Virus record (IMG/VR): IMGVR_UViG_3300044711_000038
Span: 1-39,240 of that record
Length of the DNA: 39,240 bases
Source of the DNA: a virus
Taxonomy: Duplodnaviria > Caudoviricetes
Direction: 5' to 3' (one strand)
The notes under the pieces are model-generated. The model did not search any database, was not told the origin of the DNA, and worked only from the letters and a program-made list of their open reading frames with translations. Position 1 is the stretch's first letter; each line of letters opens with the position of its first letter. Shown here in pieces: positions 26,705 through 35,592 of this stretch. Both the position numbers and the translations under genes were made by a program.

Positions 26705-27831
26705 TTGCCCACCAATCTAGAAAGTCTTTTTATCTCGCACAGAAGCTCGCTAACGTCATCATTGCTGAAAGAAACTACATTGACCTCGCAGCGATCATGG
26801 ATTTTCTGAATCTTTGGAGGGTATTCATATTCTTCATGTTCCGGCGCGGGCGCGGGCGGCGTCCTGAGGGGTTGAGAAGGGAAGAATTGCGCGAAATCGG
26901 CTGGAGACGAGTCACTATAACCAGCTTTTCGGCAATCGCGGCAAAGTATTCCTAGATTAGTGCTCTGACACTTCGGGCATCTTGCGACCGACGGCGTCCC
27001 TGCCACGGAGGGAGCGGCCCAGTTGTTAAATGCTTTGCGACATAATTCAATCGCCTGGTTCCAGCCGTCAGTAAAATCTCCGCTCTCAGAGTCAAGCGAT
27101 GGCCAGTTCGGCTCAGGCGAAACAACAACACGGTTGCGGAGGAATTCATCAAAATCCGGTAAGTCTATTTTGCAGATAAATTGTCGGCGGATTTCATTGA
27201 GCAAATCCTGTGGCGCGGAGGCCGTCCCCGCTACTCTCTCAGGCGTGGTGCCGAATCCGTATTGATCGCACACTGCATCCTTCTCAACCTGTGTCCCCGC
27301 TACTGGCTCGGGCGCGGCTTTCTCGCGGTTATGTCCGCAATTAAAACAATCCCAGAATCCGCCACGATCCAGCATTTGATCTCCGCAGCAATCGCAAATC
27401 ATCGTCGGCGGCTCAACCTTGGGCGCGGATGGCTCAGATTCGTTCTCTTCATGGCACGGGCAGCCACACCACTGAACAGGATGGTTTGCATCAGCTCCGC
27501 CGATCTTGCCTGCGCAATCCTCATGCCTCCCATATTCACCGCATACCTGACTTATTGGCCAGCGATTGACAACTTTCGCGGATGGCTCATGGGGCACAAA
27601 CGTTCCCTTCGCGGCTATCTCTGGCGTCATCTGGAAATGGGATGGCTCAGAGGGCCGCGCTGCCTTGCATTTGTAATCGCTTGCGATTCCCGTGTGGAAT
27701 CCATCCGCTGTTGGCTTATCACCGTCTTTGCAAAAATCACAAACCGGCTCCCCCGTGGATGCTGCGCCTGAGATGGGCTCGGGCTCCGGGTCATGCGTTG
27801 GTCTGCCTTCTGAATCGTAATACTCGCTCAT
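26701..27831 (-). CDS. Mosaic Cys-rich accessory protein
   Basis: 376 aa; several CxxC mini-domains separated by EPS(A) and VAGT linkers. Confidence 0.65.
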   Translation of the reverse strand: MSEYYDSEGRPTHDPEPEPISGAASTGEPVCDFCKDGDKPTADGFHTGIASDYKCKAARPSEPSHFQMTPEIAAKGTFVPHEPSAKVVNRWPISQVCGEYGRHEDCAGKIGGADANHPVQWCGCPCHEENESEPSAPKVEPPTMICDCCGDQMLDRGGFWDCFNCGHNREKAAPEPVAGTQVEKDAVCDQYGFGTTPERVAGTASAPQDLLNEIRRQFICKIDLPDFDEFLRNRVVVSPEPNWPSLDSESGDFTDGWNQAIELCRKAFNNWAAPSVAGTPSVARCPKCQSTNLGILCRDCRKAGYSDSSPADFAQFFPSQPLRTPPAPAPEHEEYEYPPKIQKIHDRCEVNVVSFSNDDVSELLCEIKRLSRLVGK

Positions 27832-27834
27832 AAC

Positions 27835-28296
27835 TTATTCCTTTCCCTTCGCGGCCCCTGGATTCAGGGCGCGCGCTCTAATCGCAGCGGCTATATTCTT
27901 ACTTGCAGCCTGTTCGCCTTCCCATCTGCCCCTGCAAAGAATTGAGTGGGATGCATTTACGCTTAGAGGTCTGCTCGGCCCAAAGTTCTCAGCCAACCAA
28001 GCGCAAGCCTCTCGCTCTCTTTCGATGGCCTCCCTCAGCCTCACTACCTCGGCTTCGGCGGCTTCTGCGCGCTCCAAGAATTCCTTGGCGTCATCGAATC
28101 GGCGTTCTCCATAGCCAGTTAAAAACTGAATTCGCTTATCGCGCTCCGCGTTCTCGGCCAGAGAGAAGTCGGCGGCAAACACAATGCGAGACTCAAGCGG
28201 AGGTATAATTTCCCACCCGAGCTTCTCGCACAATTTCGGCCAATGCTCTCTCGCCCTTGCTTCAACAGCTTCCCGCTCACTGGATTGCTGGTTCAT
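27835..28296 (-). CDS. Hypothetical (Ead/Ea22-like) accessory protein
   Basis: ERAEAAEAEV, EREREACAWLAE, IAAAIRAR motifs. Confidence 0.6.
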   Translation of the reverse strand: MNQQSSEREAVEARAREHWPKLCEKLGWEIIPPLESRIVFAADFSLAENAERDKRIQFLTGYGERRFDDAKEFLERAEAAEAEVVRLREAIEREREACAWLAENFGPSRPLSVNASHSILCRGRWEGEQAASKNIAAAIRARALNPGAAKGKE

Positions 28297-28465
28297 GGAA
28301 GACCTCGATGTTCTTTGGATCGCAGAGAAATGAATCATTCGCGCCGATATATCCAACTATCTGCATAGTGACCGCCTTCAGCACAGAGCCGCAGTGACGG
28401 CAGACCATATGCTCCAGTGCGATGTGTTCATAGGCCGTCCCAACAGCTTCCCGCTCGCCGCTCAT
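28277..28465 (-). CDS. Hypothetical protein
   Basis: CRHCG; ATGA overlap, RBS GGAGG. Confidence 0.55.
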   Translation of the reverse strand: MSGEREAVGTAYEHIALEHMVCRHCGSVLKAVTMQIVGYIGANDSFLCDPKNIEVFHEPAIQ

Positions 28466-28647
28466 GGCTTCCTCCGCTTTGACATTGCGTAGATAAACTT
28501 TCGCAGTCGCACGGAACAATCGCAGTCTCCAGAGACATGGACTTGTCCTTCATATTGCGCACGCTTCCATGTGTCCCATGCGCCTAGAAATTGCCACCTC
28601 TGGCCGCTACATTTATGCTCAAGCACTATTATTTTTTCAGCAGCCAT
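28462..28647 (-). CDS. Hypothetical protein
   Basis: 61 aa, RBS AAGGAGGA. Confidence 0.55.
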   Translation of the reverse strand: MAAEKIIVLEHKCSGQRWQFLGAWDTWKRAQYEGQVHVSGDCDCSVRLRKFIYAMSKRRKP

Positions 28648-28695
28648 AATCCTCCTTGCGCCCCTCAACGGCTTCGCGTGTCACGCGAGAGTCAG

Positions 28696-29040
28696 TCATC
28701 GCGGCGTCACCGTTTCAGCTTTATCGGCTTCTGCCTTTTGCACATGAAGCGCGTAAGCCGCCTTGAGTCCTTCATGGTCTTTGGTATCGGCAACGTGAAC
28801 TAACTCATATCCGTCCGGGTAATGGGCTTTATACTTATCGTGCTTCCAGTCGGAGCACAGGCCCATGTCGTGCTGAAACCAGCTATCGTTTGACGAGAGA
28901 TGTCCAGCCAAGAACTCGCCATCTTCGGCCAGAGCTGAACCAACTACATCGCCCGATTCGTAGCGCGAATTGATGAATACGAAAATCTTAGGTTTCAATG
29001 CTTCCTCCTTGCGCCGCGTTACTTCGCCCCTCTCGCTCAT
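28696..29040 (-). CDS. Hypothetical His-rich protein
   Basis: ALAEDGEFLAGHLSS...HDMG...YKAHYPDGYEL. Confidence 0.65.
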   Translation of the reverse strand: MSERGEVTRRKEEALKPKIFVFINSRYESGDVVGSALAEDGEFLAGHLSSNDSWFQHDMGLCSDWKHDKYKAHYPDGYELVHVADTKDHEGLKAAYALHVQKAEADKAETVTPR

Positions 29041-29072
29041 CGCCCGTCCCCTTTTTTGGTTTGCAGGTTACA

Positions 29073-29900
29073 TTAAACTCCGCACATTCCTTCGCATTCA
29101 TTACCGAATCCATCAAACAGGCCAGCCTCTTTTTTGAAGTCAATTTCTCTCAGCGGCTTTCCCGAGCGGTGAAGGAACAATACTCCTTTGGTTCTATATT
29201 CGCCGCTTGGGTGCGAACGAAGCGATTCGTCTACCAGATTCGCAGACTCGCGTTCTTCTGCTGTTAGGTTGCGCCATTGCTGGTCGCTGTGAAATGGGCA
29301 ATAGATACAGCTCGATTTTGGGGGTTCAGGGAATCCATGCTGACGCATCCATTGCAGGCAATCAGTCCGAGTAATTCTCAGTTCTATAAGCGGCCAGCGC
29401 ATCTCCTGCCACGGCTCCCGGCTAGGTTTCATGCGGTGAGCTTCATCTAAGCTGATACCGATCCACTGCGTTACGACAGGCGTTTTGGGCGAGCGTTTAC
29501 GAGTGAGACCTACCAATTCCCTAACCTTGCGGCGAATAGGATCAATCTTAAAATCCCGCGTACAGCTGCGATTGATAAGACCGCCCATTTCTCCAGTAGG
29601 ATTCTTGACGAATGCTGGAATAGGCACAATGCGGAACTGCCCGTGAGGCCGCTTAGAGCCAATAGTCTTTGTTAGGTTGCCAGCAGTAACGCGGTAAACA
29701 GGGAATGGTAGCTGCTTCTCAAGCCAATCCAGCCATCTATAAACCGCTAGCGGCTCGGCCTGAGTATCTGAAAATATTCCGCAATCAGGCATCGGCTCAA
29801 TTTCACCAGCCGCCGCCATCAGCGCCATCGTGGACGATTGAACGCCAGCACCAAGACTGATTGCATTTAGCATCCGCACCCCCGGCCAGTTCCCGCTCAT
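29073..29900 (-). CDS. PAPS-reductase-like adenine nucleotide alpha-hydrolase with Cys cluster
   Basis: SLGAGVQSS PP-loop variant, SDTQAEP, CTRDFKI, WIGISLDE, PPKSSCIYCPF, ECEGMCG. Confidence 0.75.
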   Translation of the reverse strand: MSGNWPGVRMLNAISLGAGVQSSTMALMAAAGEIEPMPDCGIFSDTQAEPLAVYRWLDWLEKQLPFPVYRVTAGNLTKTIGSKRPHGQFRIVPIPAFVKNPTGEMGGLINRSCTRDFKIDPIRRKVRELVGLTRKRSPKTPVVTQWIGISLDEAHRMKPSREPWQEMRWPLIELRITRTDCLQWMRQHGFPEPPKSSCIYCPFHSDQQWRNLTAEERESANLVDESLRSHPSGEYRTKGVLFLHRSGKPLREIDFKKEAGLFDGFGNECEGMCGV

Positions 29901-30313
29901 GCGCCACGCTCCAGTTGCAAAGACTTCTTGCTGATAGCTATCGGTTTCCCGTTGCAGTTGTGAGATTTCATATGGCATTCGTGCCGCATCCACTTTCCTC
30001 TGTGCAGTTCGTCTGATTTGCGTGGGCCGTGCTCGTTGTGCGCAAAATCTCCCTTGGCAGCGATACCCATGTGCTCACCCCACGTCGCAAACTGCCCACA
30101 ACCGCATTCACAAATCCCACTTGCTCGCTGATAGGCACGGCAACGCAAGTTGTGATAGTCCTTCCCAAACAGCCGCACTCTTCCGCCCTTCGTCACATAG
30201 CTGCGCGGATCGATAAAGCGCGAATCGTAAACTCTGGACTTCCGCCGCTGTCTGCGCTTTATCCAGCTCCGCTTGATGCGCGTCTTCCGCTCGATGAATC
30301 CGCTGCGCTTCAT
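29897..30313 (-). CDS. HNH-like nuclease
   Basis: RASGICECGCG...FAH...HECHMKSH, basic N-terminus. Confidence 0.55.
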   Translation of the reverse strand: MKRSGFIERKTRIKRSWIKRRQRRKSRVYDSRFIDPRSYVTKGGRVRLFGKDYHNLRCRAYQRASGICECGCGQFATWGEHMGIAAKGDFAHNEHGPRKSDELHRGKWMRHECHMKSHNCNGKPIAISKKSLQLERGA

Positions 30314-30573
30314 TCCTTGACCTCGGATTTTGTAACGCTATGTCCTATTCCAACTTTCATCGGTTGAGGTTCTGGCGTAGGGAATATGGCCAGCTTGGGG
30401 CTGGGGAGCATGACAGTCGGCGGATCGCTTAATAGAGCACGCAGTTTGTCGCAAAGAGATTCCACTTCGGCACGAGTAACCAGCACACTGATGCGCGTCC
30501 GATGTTCCTCATGAATATCAAAGACAAACGTGTTCGGATCGACTGATGGTGAGATGTCTATGTGTCTACTCAT
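30310..30573 (-). CDS. Hypothetical protein
   Basis: 87 aa, bracketed by 16-bp repeat. Confidence 0.55.
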   Translation of the reverse strand: MSRHIDISPSVDPNTFVFDIHEEHRTRISVLVTRAEVESLCDKLRALLSDPPTVMLPSPKLAIFPTPEPQPMKVGIGHSVTKSEVKE

Positions 30574-30585
30574 TCCTTGACCTCG
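30310..30585. repeat. 16-bp exact direct repeat pair covering RBS, start and stop
   Basis: Minus-strand CGAGGTCAAGGAATGA at 30310-30325 and 30570-30585. Confidence 0.9.
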
Positions 30586-30728
30586 ATTTGCAAAGTCTTG
30601 CCGCAGCTCTGGCAACCATAAAAGGGAACGCCATCGCATTCTGCCGCAGGAATTCTGACCATGATCGTTCCGCAACGGCACATCGGACCATCAAGCGAGC
30701 CCGCTGCTGGCGTGTAGGGGGTGCTCAT
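30570..30728 (-). CDS. Small zinc-ribbon protein (52 aa)
   Basis: MSTPYTP...MCRCG...GCQSCGK; ATGA overlaps at both ends; below cutoff. Confidence 0.55.
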   Translation of the reverse strand: MSTPYTPAAGSLDGPMCRCGTIMVRIPAAECDGVPFYGCQSCGKTLQIEVKE

Positions 30729-31102
30729 ATTTCCACCACGTCGATGCCTCTGACTGCCTTCATCAGGCGCTTTTTTATTTTGAATTCCCTCGTTCTTAAC
30801 CCCTTGACATCCTCAACTATCACCCTGTCTGGATCATCCATTTTGCGGTAAGCGAAATCAGCCTCATATTTGCAGATATGAACGCCATTTACTTCCAGGG
30901 CGAACGTGAGCAGGTTTTTGTCGCATATTAAGCCTTTGATTTGGCCCGAACTTTGAAGTATCCGCAGCTCCCAAAACCGCTGGGCTTCCTTGGCCGAATC
31001 AAACAGAATGCCGTCAACAGTCCGGTTCTCTTTGCCTTGCTTATCGTGGCGAACCTTGTACTTGCCTCTTCGTATTGGCTCGTTCTGCGTTACCAGCGTC
31101 AT
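30725..31102 (-). CDS. DUF1064 family PD-(D/E)xK nuclease
   Basis: VDGILFDSAKEA, YEADF, VIVEDVKG, FKIKKRLM. Confidence 0.85.
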   Translation of the reverse strand: MTLVTQNEPIRRGKYKVRHDKQGKENRTVDGILFDSAKEAQRFWELRILQSSGQIKGLICDKNLLTFALEVNGVHICKYEADFAYRKMDDPDRVIVEDVKGLRTREFKIKKRLMKAVRGIDVVEI

Positions 31103-31401
31103 GGTTGAATTCCTTCGTCAAGGTCAAGGCAGTCGATTGAGGCGTATGGGTATGTGATCGGCACAGAAGCGGCCACAATTCTTACGCCCATTCGTGGCGG
31201 TTCCTTCGTGCCGCAGAAATGGCACGTCCAGCCGTTCTCCCAATATCCCGTATCCGCGATGTCCACGGTAATTTCCCCGAGAGTCGCCAGCCGCTCCATA
31301 ATCTGCGGACAACACTTGCGCCATTCCGGTAAAAACTCGGGCGACTTTGGCCGTGCTCTCACCAACTTCTGACGCCGCTCGTTCTGCGTTACGATGGTCA
31401 C
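31099..31401 (-). CDS. Hypothetical protein
   Basis: About 100 aa, CC...CHFCG; bracketed by 16-bp repeat. Confidence 0.55.
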   Translation of the reverse strand: MTIVTQNERRQKLVRARPKSPEFLPEWRKCCPQIMERLATLGEITVDIADTGYWENGWTCHFCGTKEPPRMGVRIVAASVPITYPYASIDCLDLDEGIQP

Positions 31402-31580
31402 CGCGCCTCCTTGCATCTCTCACAATCACAATAGATTGCATGTAGACTCACGTATTCAATCGGCCGCTTCGAGCATCTCCGCTCGTGGGCCTTTAGTGGC
31501 GTATCCCCAGATGCCCGATAAGCAACGGTTTCGAATGGCTTGCCACAAAATTGGCACGGCTTGTTAGTGTCACGATGCAA
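31398..31580 (-). CDS. Small zinc-finger protein
   Basis: CQFCGK...HERRC, CDCERC. Confidence 0.5.
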   Translation of the reverse strand: MHRDTNKPCQFCGKPFETVAYRASGDTPLKAHERRCSKRPIEYVSLHAIYCDCERCKEAR

Positions 31581-31722
31581 CCCGCCTCCCTCATTTCTCC
31601 GGGCCGCTCCGTCTCAGAAAGCAGCCCGGATTTGCCAAAAAGATTTGCTGCGCTCAAGTTCGCAACAAAATCAATGAAAAATTTTCGGAAACGCCCCCTC
31701 TCTGCCGATATGAAGCGAACTA

Positions 31723-32400
31723 TCAGGCCGGTATGAAATTGAAAACCTCCTGCGAAAGTCTCTTCGCCGCGATCTCGCAATAGCGTTCTTCTATCTCTAT
31801 GCCGATGGCGCGGCGGTTTAATTCCTTCGCAGCCTCAAGCGTTGTACCGCTGCCGCAAAATGGGTCTAATATCGTCTCCTCAGGAAGTGACGCTTTAGTA
31901 ACAAGCCATTTTGTAAACTTGAGCGGCTTTGGGCATGGGTGATCTATGCCTTTTATAGAATCATTATTTCCCCATGTGGATGATGCGGTGGCCTGCGTTC
32001 CCATTCTTGGGTCATCTCCGTAATAAAAAATCAAGTGCGCCAAAATCCATCCCCATTTACCGCGAGATGTTCCGGCTGGGTTGTACCAAACTCCCACATC
32101 AGATGGCTTGGGATATAAATAACCGTTCCTGTTCCCTGGGGTAATTACAGCCCTTGTAACTCTTGATAATCCGATTTGAATACCCGGCAAAACCACCTGG
32201 CGCAAATAAGACTCATCATCCCTAAACTTGGTGTAGGGTTGGCGCTCAGAAAGACGCTCCTGCCCAAATCCTGTTTCGCCTAACAGAACTCCGTAAGGGG
32301 GATCAGTAACCATAGCGTCGGCCGAAACATGCGGCAAAATCTCACGGCAATCGCCATGGAATATCTGAATTCCGCCGTGCTCGTAATAAGGCCGCATCAC
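31723..32400 (-). CDS. DNA N6-adenine/N4-cytosine methyltransferase (beta class)
   Basis: HGDC, VTDPPY, HPCPKP, LDPFCGSGTT, GIEIEERYC. Confidence 0.92.
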   Translation of the reverse strand: MMRPYYEHGGIQIFHGDCREILPHVSADAMVTDPPYGVLLGETGFGQERLSERQPYTKFRDDESYLRQVVLPGIQIGLSRVTRAVITPGNRNGYLYPKPSDVGVWYNPAGTSRGKWGWILAHLIFYYGDDPRMGTQATASSTWGNNDSIKGIDHPCPKPLKFTKWLVTKASLPEETILDPFCGSGTTLEAAKELNRRAIGIEIEERYCEIAAKRLSQEVFNFIPA

Positions 32401-32404
32401 TCCC

Positions 32405-32734
32405 TCACGCGCTGGCGCTCATCGCTGGCCTGCGCCGCTGATACTCAAAGTTGTAAACTCGCTCGTAGAGTTTCCGGTTTTGGACTGTGCAGCCATGACG
32501 TAACTGCCTCAGTTCCGCTTTGTCGATGCCCAGCAAATTAATCCATCGTGTCAGCGTGTTTCGGTGCATTCCCATGGCCCGAGCTGCTTTGCACTGGTTA
32601 CCATTGTTGGCAACTATGACCATCACAACAAATTCTCGATTGAATGCCTTCCGCGCTTCCTCGAACGTGATTTTCGCCGCGATAAAGTTCGTCGTCAGAA
32701 ACTGCATCTGCTGCCTCAGCGTATAGCCTTGCAC
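32405..32734 (-). CDS. Fis-type HTH (HTH_8) protein
   Basis: NNGNQCKAARAMGMHRNTL. Confidence 0.85.
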   Translation of the reverse strand: MQGYTLRQQMQFLTTNFIAAKITFEEARKAFNREFVVMVIVANNGNQCKAARAMGMHRNTLTRWINLLGIDKAELRQLRHGCTVQNRKLYERVYNFEYQRRRPAMSASA

Positions 32735-32744
32735 CTGTCCCCCT

Positions 32745-33242
32745 TCAGCGTCTTCCGCGTAAAAGTGAATCTATGTGTTCATCAATAAAATCTTCGGCAT
32801 TGCCAATCTCGCACTCACATCCTCCAATTACAGGTCGCCCCATCTTTATCACCTTCCCGAAAAATGTCGTGCGATACTCCTGATATGGTATGGAGAAGCT
32901 GATTTCATACCCACAAGAAGGACAGCTAAGAGAGAAGGCCGGCAGTCCCTTGAACGGGAACGTATACTCCGCGCCTCTCGCTAGGAACTCATACCATTTA
33001 GGAATCTCAGATATTTCATGGCACGCACGGCAAAGCACCTGCACATCAGTTGCTAGTTCTCGTCCTGGACATCTTTTGTATGTCAAATGGTGTAGATCCA
33101 AATCGCATTGATAGAATAGCCTGCAAGCATTTCTGCTTAGACCGCAGCTTTCACACCGCCGCCTAGTTGCCAACGTGTTCGCCCGGAAGGAGAGCCAGTG
33201 CTCACTCTTCAGATAAACCGTTCTGTACCATGCTCGATCCAT
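32745..33242 (-). CDS. HNH endonuclease-like protein
   Basis: YLKSEHW...CESC...LHHLTY...VLCRACH plus C-terminal CxxC. Confidence 0.75.
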   Translation of the reverse strand: MDRAWYRTVYLKSEHWLSFRANTLATRRRCESCGLSRNACRLFYQCDLDLHHLTYKRCPGRELATDVQVLCRACHEISEIPKWYEFLARGAEYTFPFKGLPAFSLSCPSCGYEISFSIPYQEYRTTFFGKVIKMGRPVIGGCECEIGNAEDFIDEHIDSLLRGRR

Positions 33243-33724
33243 TACTCATCCTTCGGCATTGGCTTTGCCACGTCATCTGTTTTCAGGTTTGCGGCTTTGA
33301 GCACATCAGCCAAACTAAAAAACTCTTCTGGGTGTTCCTCGCGGCGCTTCTGGAGAGCTACCATCTCTTTGCGCTCCTTTTCCGCCTCACACAATCTGGC
33401 CTCATGGACTGCCTTATCTCTTAAATCCAGCATTACATTCACCACATCTGGAAGCTTAGGCATACCCCGCCATACCTGAATTGAGCCGTCCTCAAGCTCA
33501 TATCGTGGCGGGTTTGTAATCAGCGCACGCATTGCCCGTTCAAATTCTTGGACAGAGTAGTCTTTCAGTGTTTCCCGCCACATCACCAACTCTTCAGCAG
33601 GAAGACTTGTCCGATAAACCTTTTGATATGTGTCCAGTTGACTCCCGATTGCTTGCAAAAACTGAGCGGGTTGTCTCTGAAATGTGAGCGTTGCGGCGTT
33701 CTGCTTTTGTATTTCCTGCCCCAT
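33242..33724 (-). CDS. Putative helicase loader (lambda P position)
   Basis: WRETLKDYS...AMRALI...MPKLPDV; follows initiator. Confidence 0.55.
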   Translation of the reverse strand: MGQEIQKQNAATLTFQRQPAQFLQAIGSQLDTYQKVYRTSLPAEELVMWRETLKDYSVQEFERAMRALITNPPRYELEDGSIQVWRGMPKLPDVVNVMLDLRDKAVHEARLCEAEKERKEMVALQKRREEHPEEFFSLADVLKAANLKTDDVAKPMPKDE

Positions 33725-34331
33725 TTGTTATCCCCATGGACTCCTGCGGCAAAGGGAAAAGCCCCTGCCACGAATTGAATATTGACTGCTCAAGAACTGA
33801 ATTAGGGTCATGCCCTTGCTCTTTCAATTTCTTAAGTTTTCCGTAAGCCAGTGTTATTGCCTTTCCTGTTAGTGGTTTTTTGATTCTGTCTCTCATTTCT
33901 ATGTACTGATTAAAAAGCTCTTGATTTATAAAATCAGGAACCTCTTGCAAAGAAACAGAGAGAGAGACGGTTCGCTTTCGCTGTTTGTGGCTGAGCTTTG
34001 TGTTTTGCTCATAAATGGTCTGCAACATCCGTTCGTTGTAAATCCAGGTTTGCCCCGAGATTTCTGTGCGACGGAATAACCGGCTAACAAGCTCACAGCC
34101 CCCCCATTTCACAAAGTAGGACTGACTCTTGGCTCCTGCTATTTGCCACAGCTTATCTAAGCTCCCTGGCAGATACCCCGGCATCGGGCTGTCCGCAGAT
34201 TCAACTAAAAGTTTTATGTACCAGCCAAACTGAAAGTCGGGCATAGTCCATGCATTTGAGGCTTTAAGCCTCTGAATATAGAGAGGAATCCAATCAAGCT
34301 TCGTTTGTTTCTCTGGCTCCTGCTCCGCCAA
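33594..34331 (-). CDS. Phage replication initiator
   Basis: DUF1376-like N-terminus (WIPLYI...FGWYIKLL); YIEMRDRIKKPLT...VLEQSIFNSWQGLF. Confidence 0.75.
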   Translation of the reverse strand: MAEQEPEKQTKLDWIPLYIQRLKASNAWTMPDFQFGWYIKLLVESADSPMPGYLPGSLDKLWQIAGAKSQSYFVKWGGCELVSRLFRRTEISGQTWIYNERMLQTIYEQNTKLSHKQRKRTVSLSVSLQEVPDFINQELFNQYIEMRDRIKKPLTGKAITLAYGKLKKLKEQGHDPNSVLEQSIFNSWQGLFPLPQESMGITNGAGNTKAERRNAHISETTRSVFASNRESTGHISKGLSDKSSC

Positions 34332-34342
34332 CTAACTCCTCC

Positions 34343-34570
34343 TTACGCCGTGAACTGCTGTACGTCTTCGTGCTTGTGGCTATTAATGCAATTGCCGCAG
34401 AACATGTGGTGCCGACACTCATCGCGGCACGCTTTGCACATCAGTGAGTGCTCAAAGCAGATCCTCTTTGTGCAGTTAGCGCATTGAACGCCATAGGTGA
34501 AGGTTCCACACTCTCCCATGGTCTGACCTTCAGGTGTTTCTTCGCAGCGATCCTCTGGTAGAAGTTTCAT
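34343..34570 (-). CDS. Cys-rich zinc-binding protein
   Basis: 75 aa with multiple CxxC. Confidence 0.6.
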   Translation of the reverse strand: MKLLPEDRCEETPEGQTMGECGTFTYGVQCANCTKRICFEHSLMCKACRDECRHHMFCGNCINSHKHEDVQQFTA

Positions 34571-34578
34571 GGTTCACC

Positions 34579-35592
34579 TCAGAAGGGAATGTCTTCCTGC
34601 ACCACAACCTTCAGTATTTCCTTGACCTCGAAGAATTCCTCGCTCTTGGAGGTCTTTTTAGGCTTTACCAGCAGTTCAACTTCTTCCTCGGTCACATTGT
34701 CTAGCCGCTGCTTTAGCTTTTCGTCACGGCTCATACAGCGACGGTCGCCAACCATTACCCAGAGCGCCCCATTGATGGGAACCTTGTTCTCAATGAAACC
34801 CTTGATGATGATTCCATCGCTCACCGCAGCGGCCTGTGGCTCGCTTCCATTGCCGAATCCTGCCATGTCTTCGACATCCTGAGTGAAAACCCCCGAGGAA
34901 CGGGTAGCGGCAAGCACAGCGGCGATTTTTGCGCGTTTCTGGGCCATCTTGAGGATGGTGTTCTTGATGTCGGCAATGTCATCGTTCGGAACGCGGCCAA
35001 TGACCTGGCCTTCGATTTCCTTGTTCCCATCGCCAAACTTGGCTCCGCATCCGCCGCGCTTTGTCCAGCAGAGATACCCCCCGCCGTACTCTTCCTTGCC
35101 CTTGATGATGGTCTCCTGATTACATAGCGGGCATTTGCGCTTGGAATCGCGCCAACGGTACTTTGCCTCATAGGAACTGCAAGAGCCTTTACCTTCAGCT
35201 ACTACCATGCCTGTCCGCTTGCTCACCAGAACGCAGGTAACCTCATAGTCAAAGAGGGCAGGAACCATGCTCCAGTCAACATTGCGGATCGTGCGTTCAT
35301 CCGGGAAAGTAGGAGCTAGGCCATAAAGCTCTGAAAGCTTGTCGGCTCCCGGCTGAAAGAGCGAAGGCTTTTCAACCCCCGGTATGAGGCCGTAGTCTTC
35401 GTCTTTCTTCATGTAATCGCTGACAAAGAGCTGGAATTCCTTTAGCCGAGCTTTGGCAACTTCCAAGTCCATGACCGGCATAAGCATCAGTTCCGCCGGT
35501 TGCGGAACAAGCTTGGGAACTGGCAGCCTCTCTGCCTCAGAAATAGTTAATTCTGGGTCTAAAACTTCGGGCTCTTTCTTTTGTCGTGCCAT
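34579..35592 (-). CDS. Sak/Rad52-like single-strand annealing protein with SSB-like tail
   Basis: DYGLIPG..KPSL..GADKL, GSCSSYE, NTILKMAQKRA, FTQDVED; ends EDIPF. Confidence 0.6.
   Translation of the reverse strand: MARQKKEPEVLDPELTISEAERLPVPKLVPQPAELMLMPVMDLEVAKARLKEFQLFVSDYMKKDEDYGLIPGVEKPSLFQPGADKLSELYGLAPTFPDERTIRNVDWSMVPALFDYEVTCVLVSKRTGMVVAEGKGSCSSYEAKYRWRDSKRKCPLCNQETIIKGKEEYGGGYLCWTKRGGCGAKFGDGNKEIEGQVIGRVPNDDIADIKNTILKMAQKRAKIAAVLAATRSSGVFTQDVEDMAGFGNGSEPQAAAVSDGIIIKGFIENKVPINGALWVMVGDRRCMSRDEKLKQRLDNVTEEEVELLVKPKKTSKSEEFFEVKEILKVVVQEDIPF

Noticed and set aside
24437-31392. CRISPR array or integron attC sites
   Set aside because: Repeats differ pair to pair, are not palindromic and are separated by whole genes
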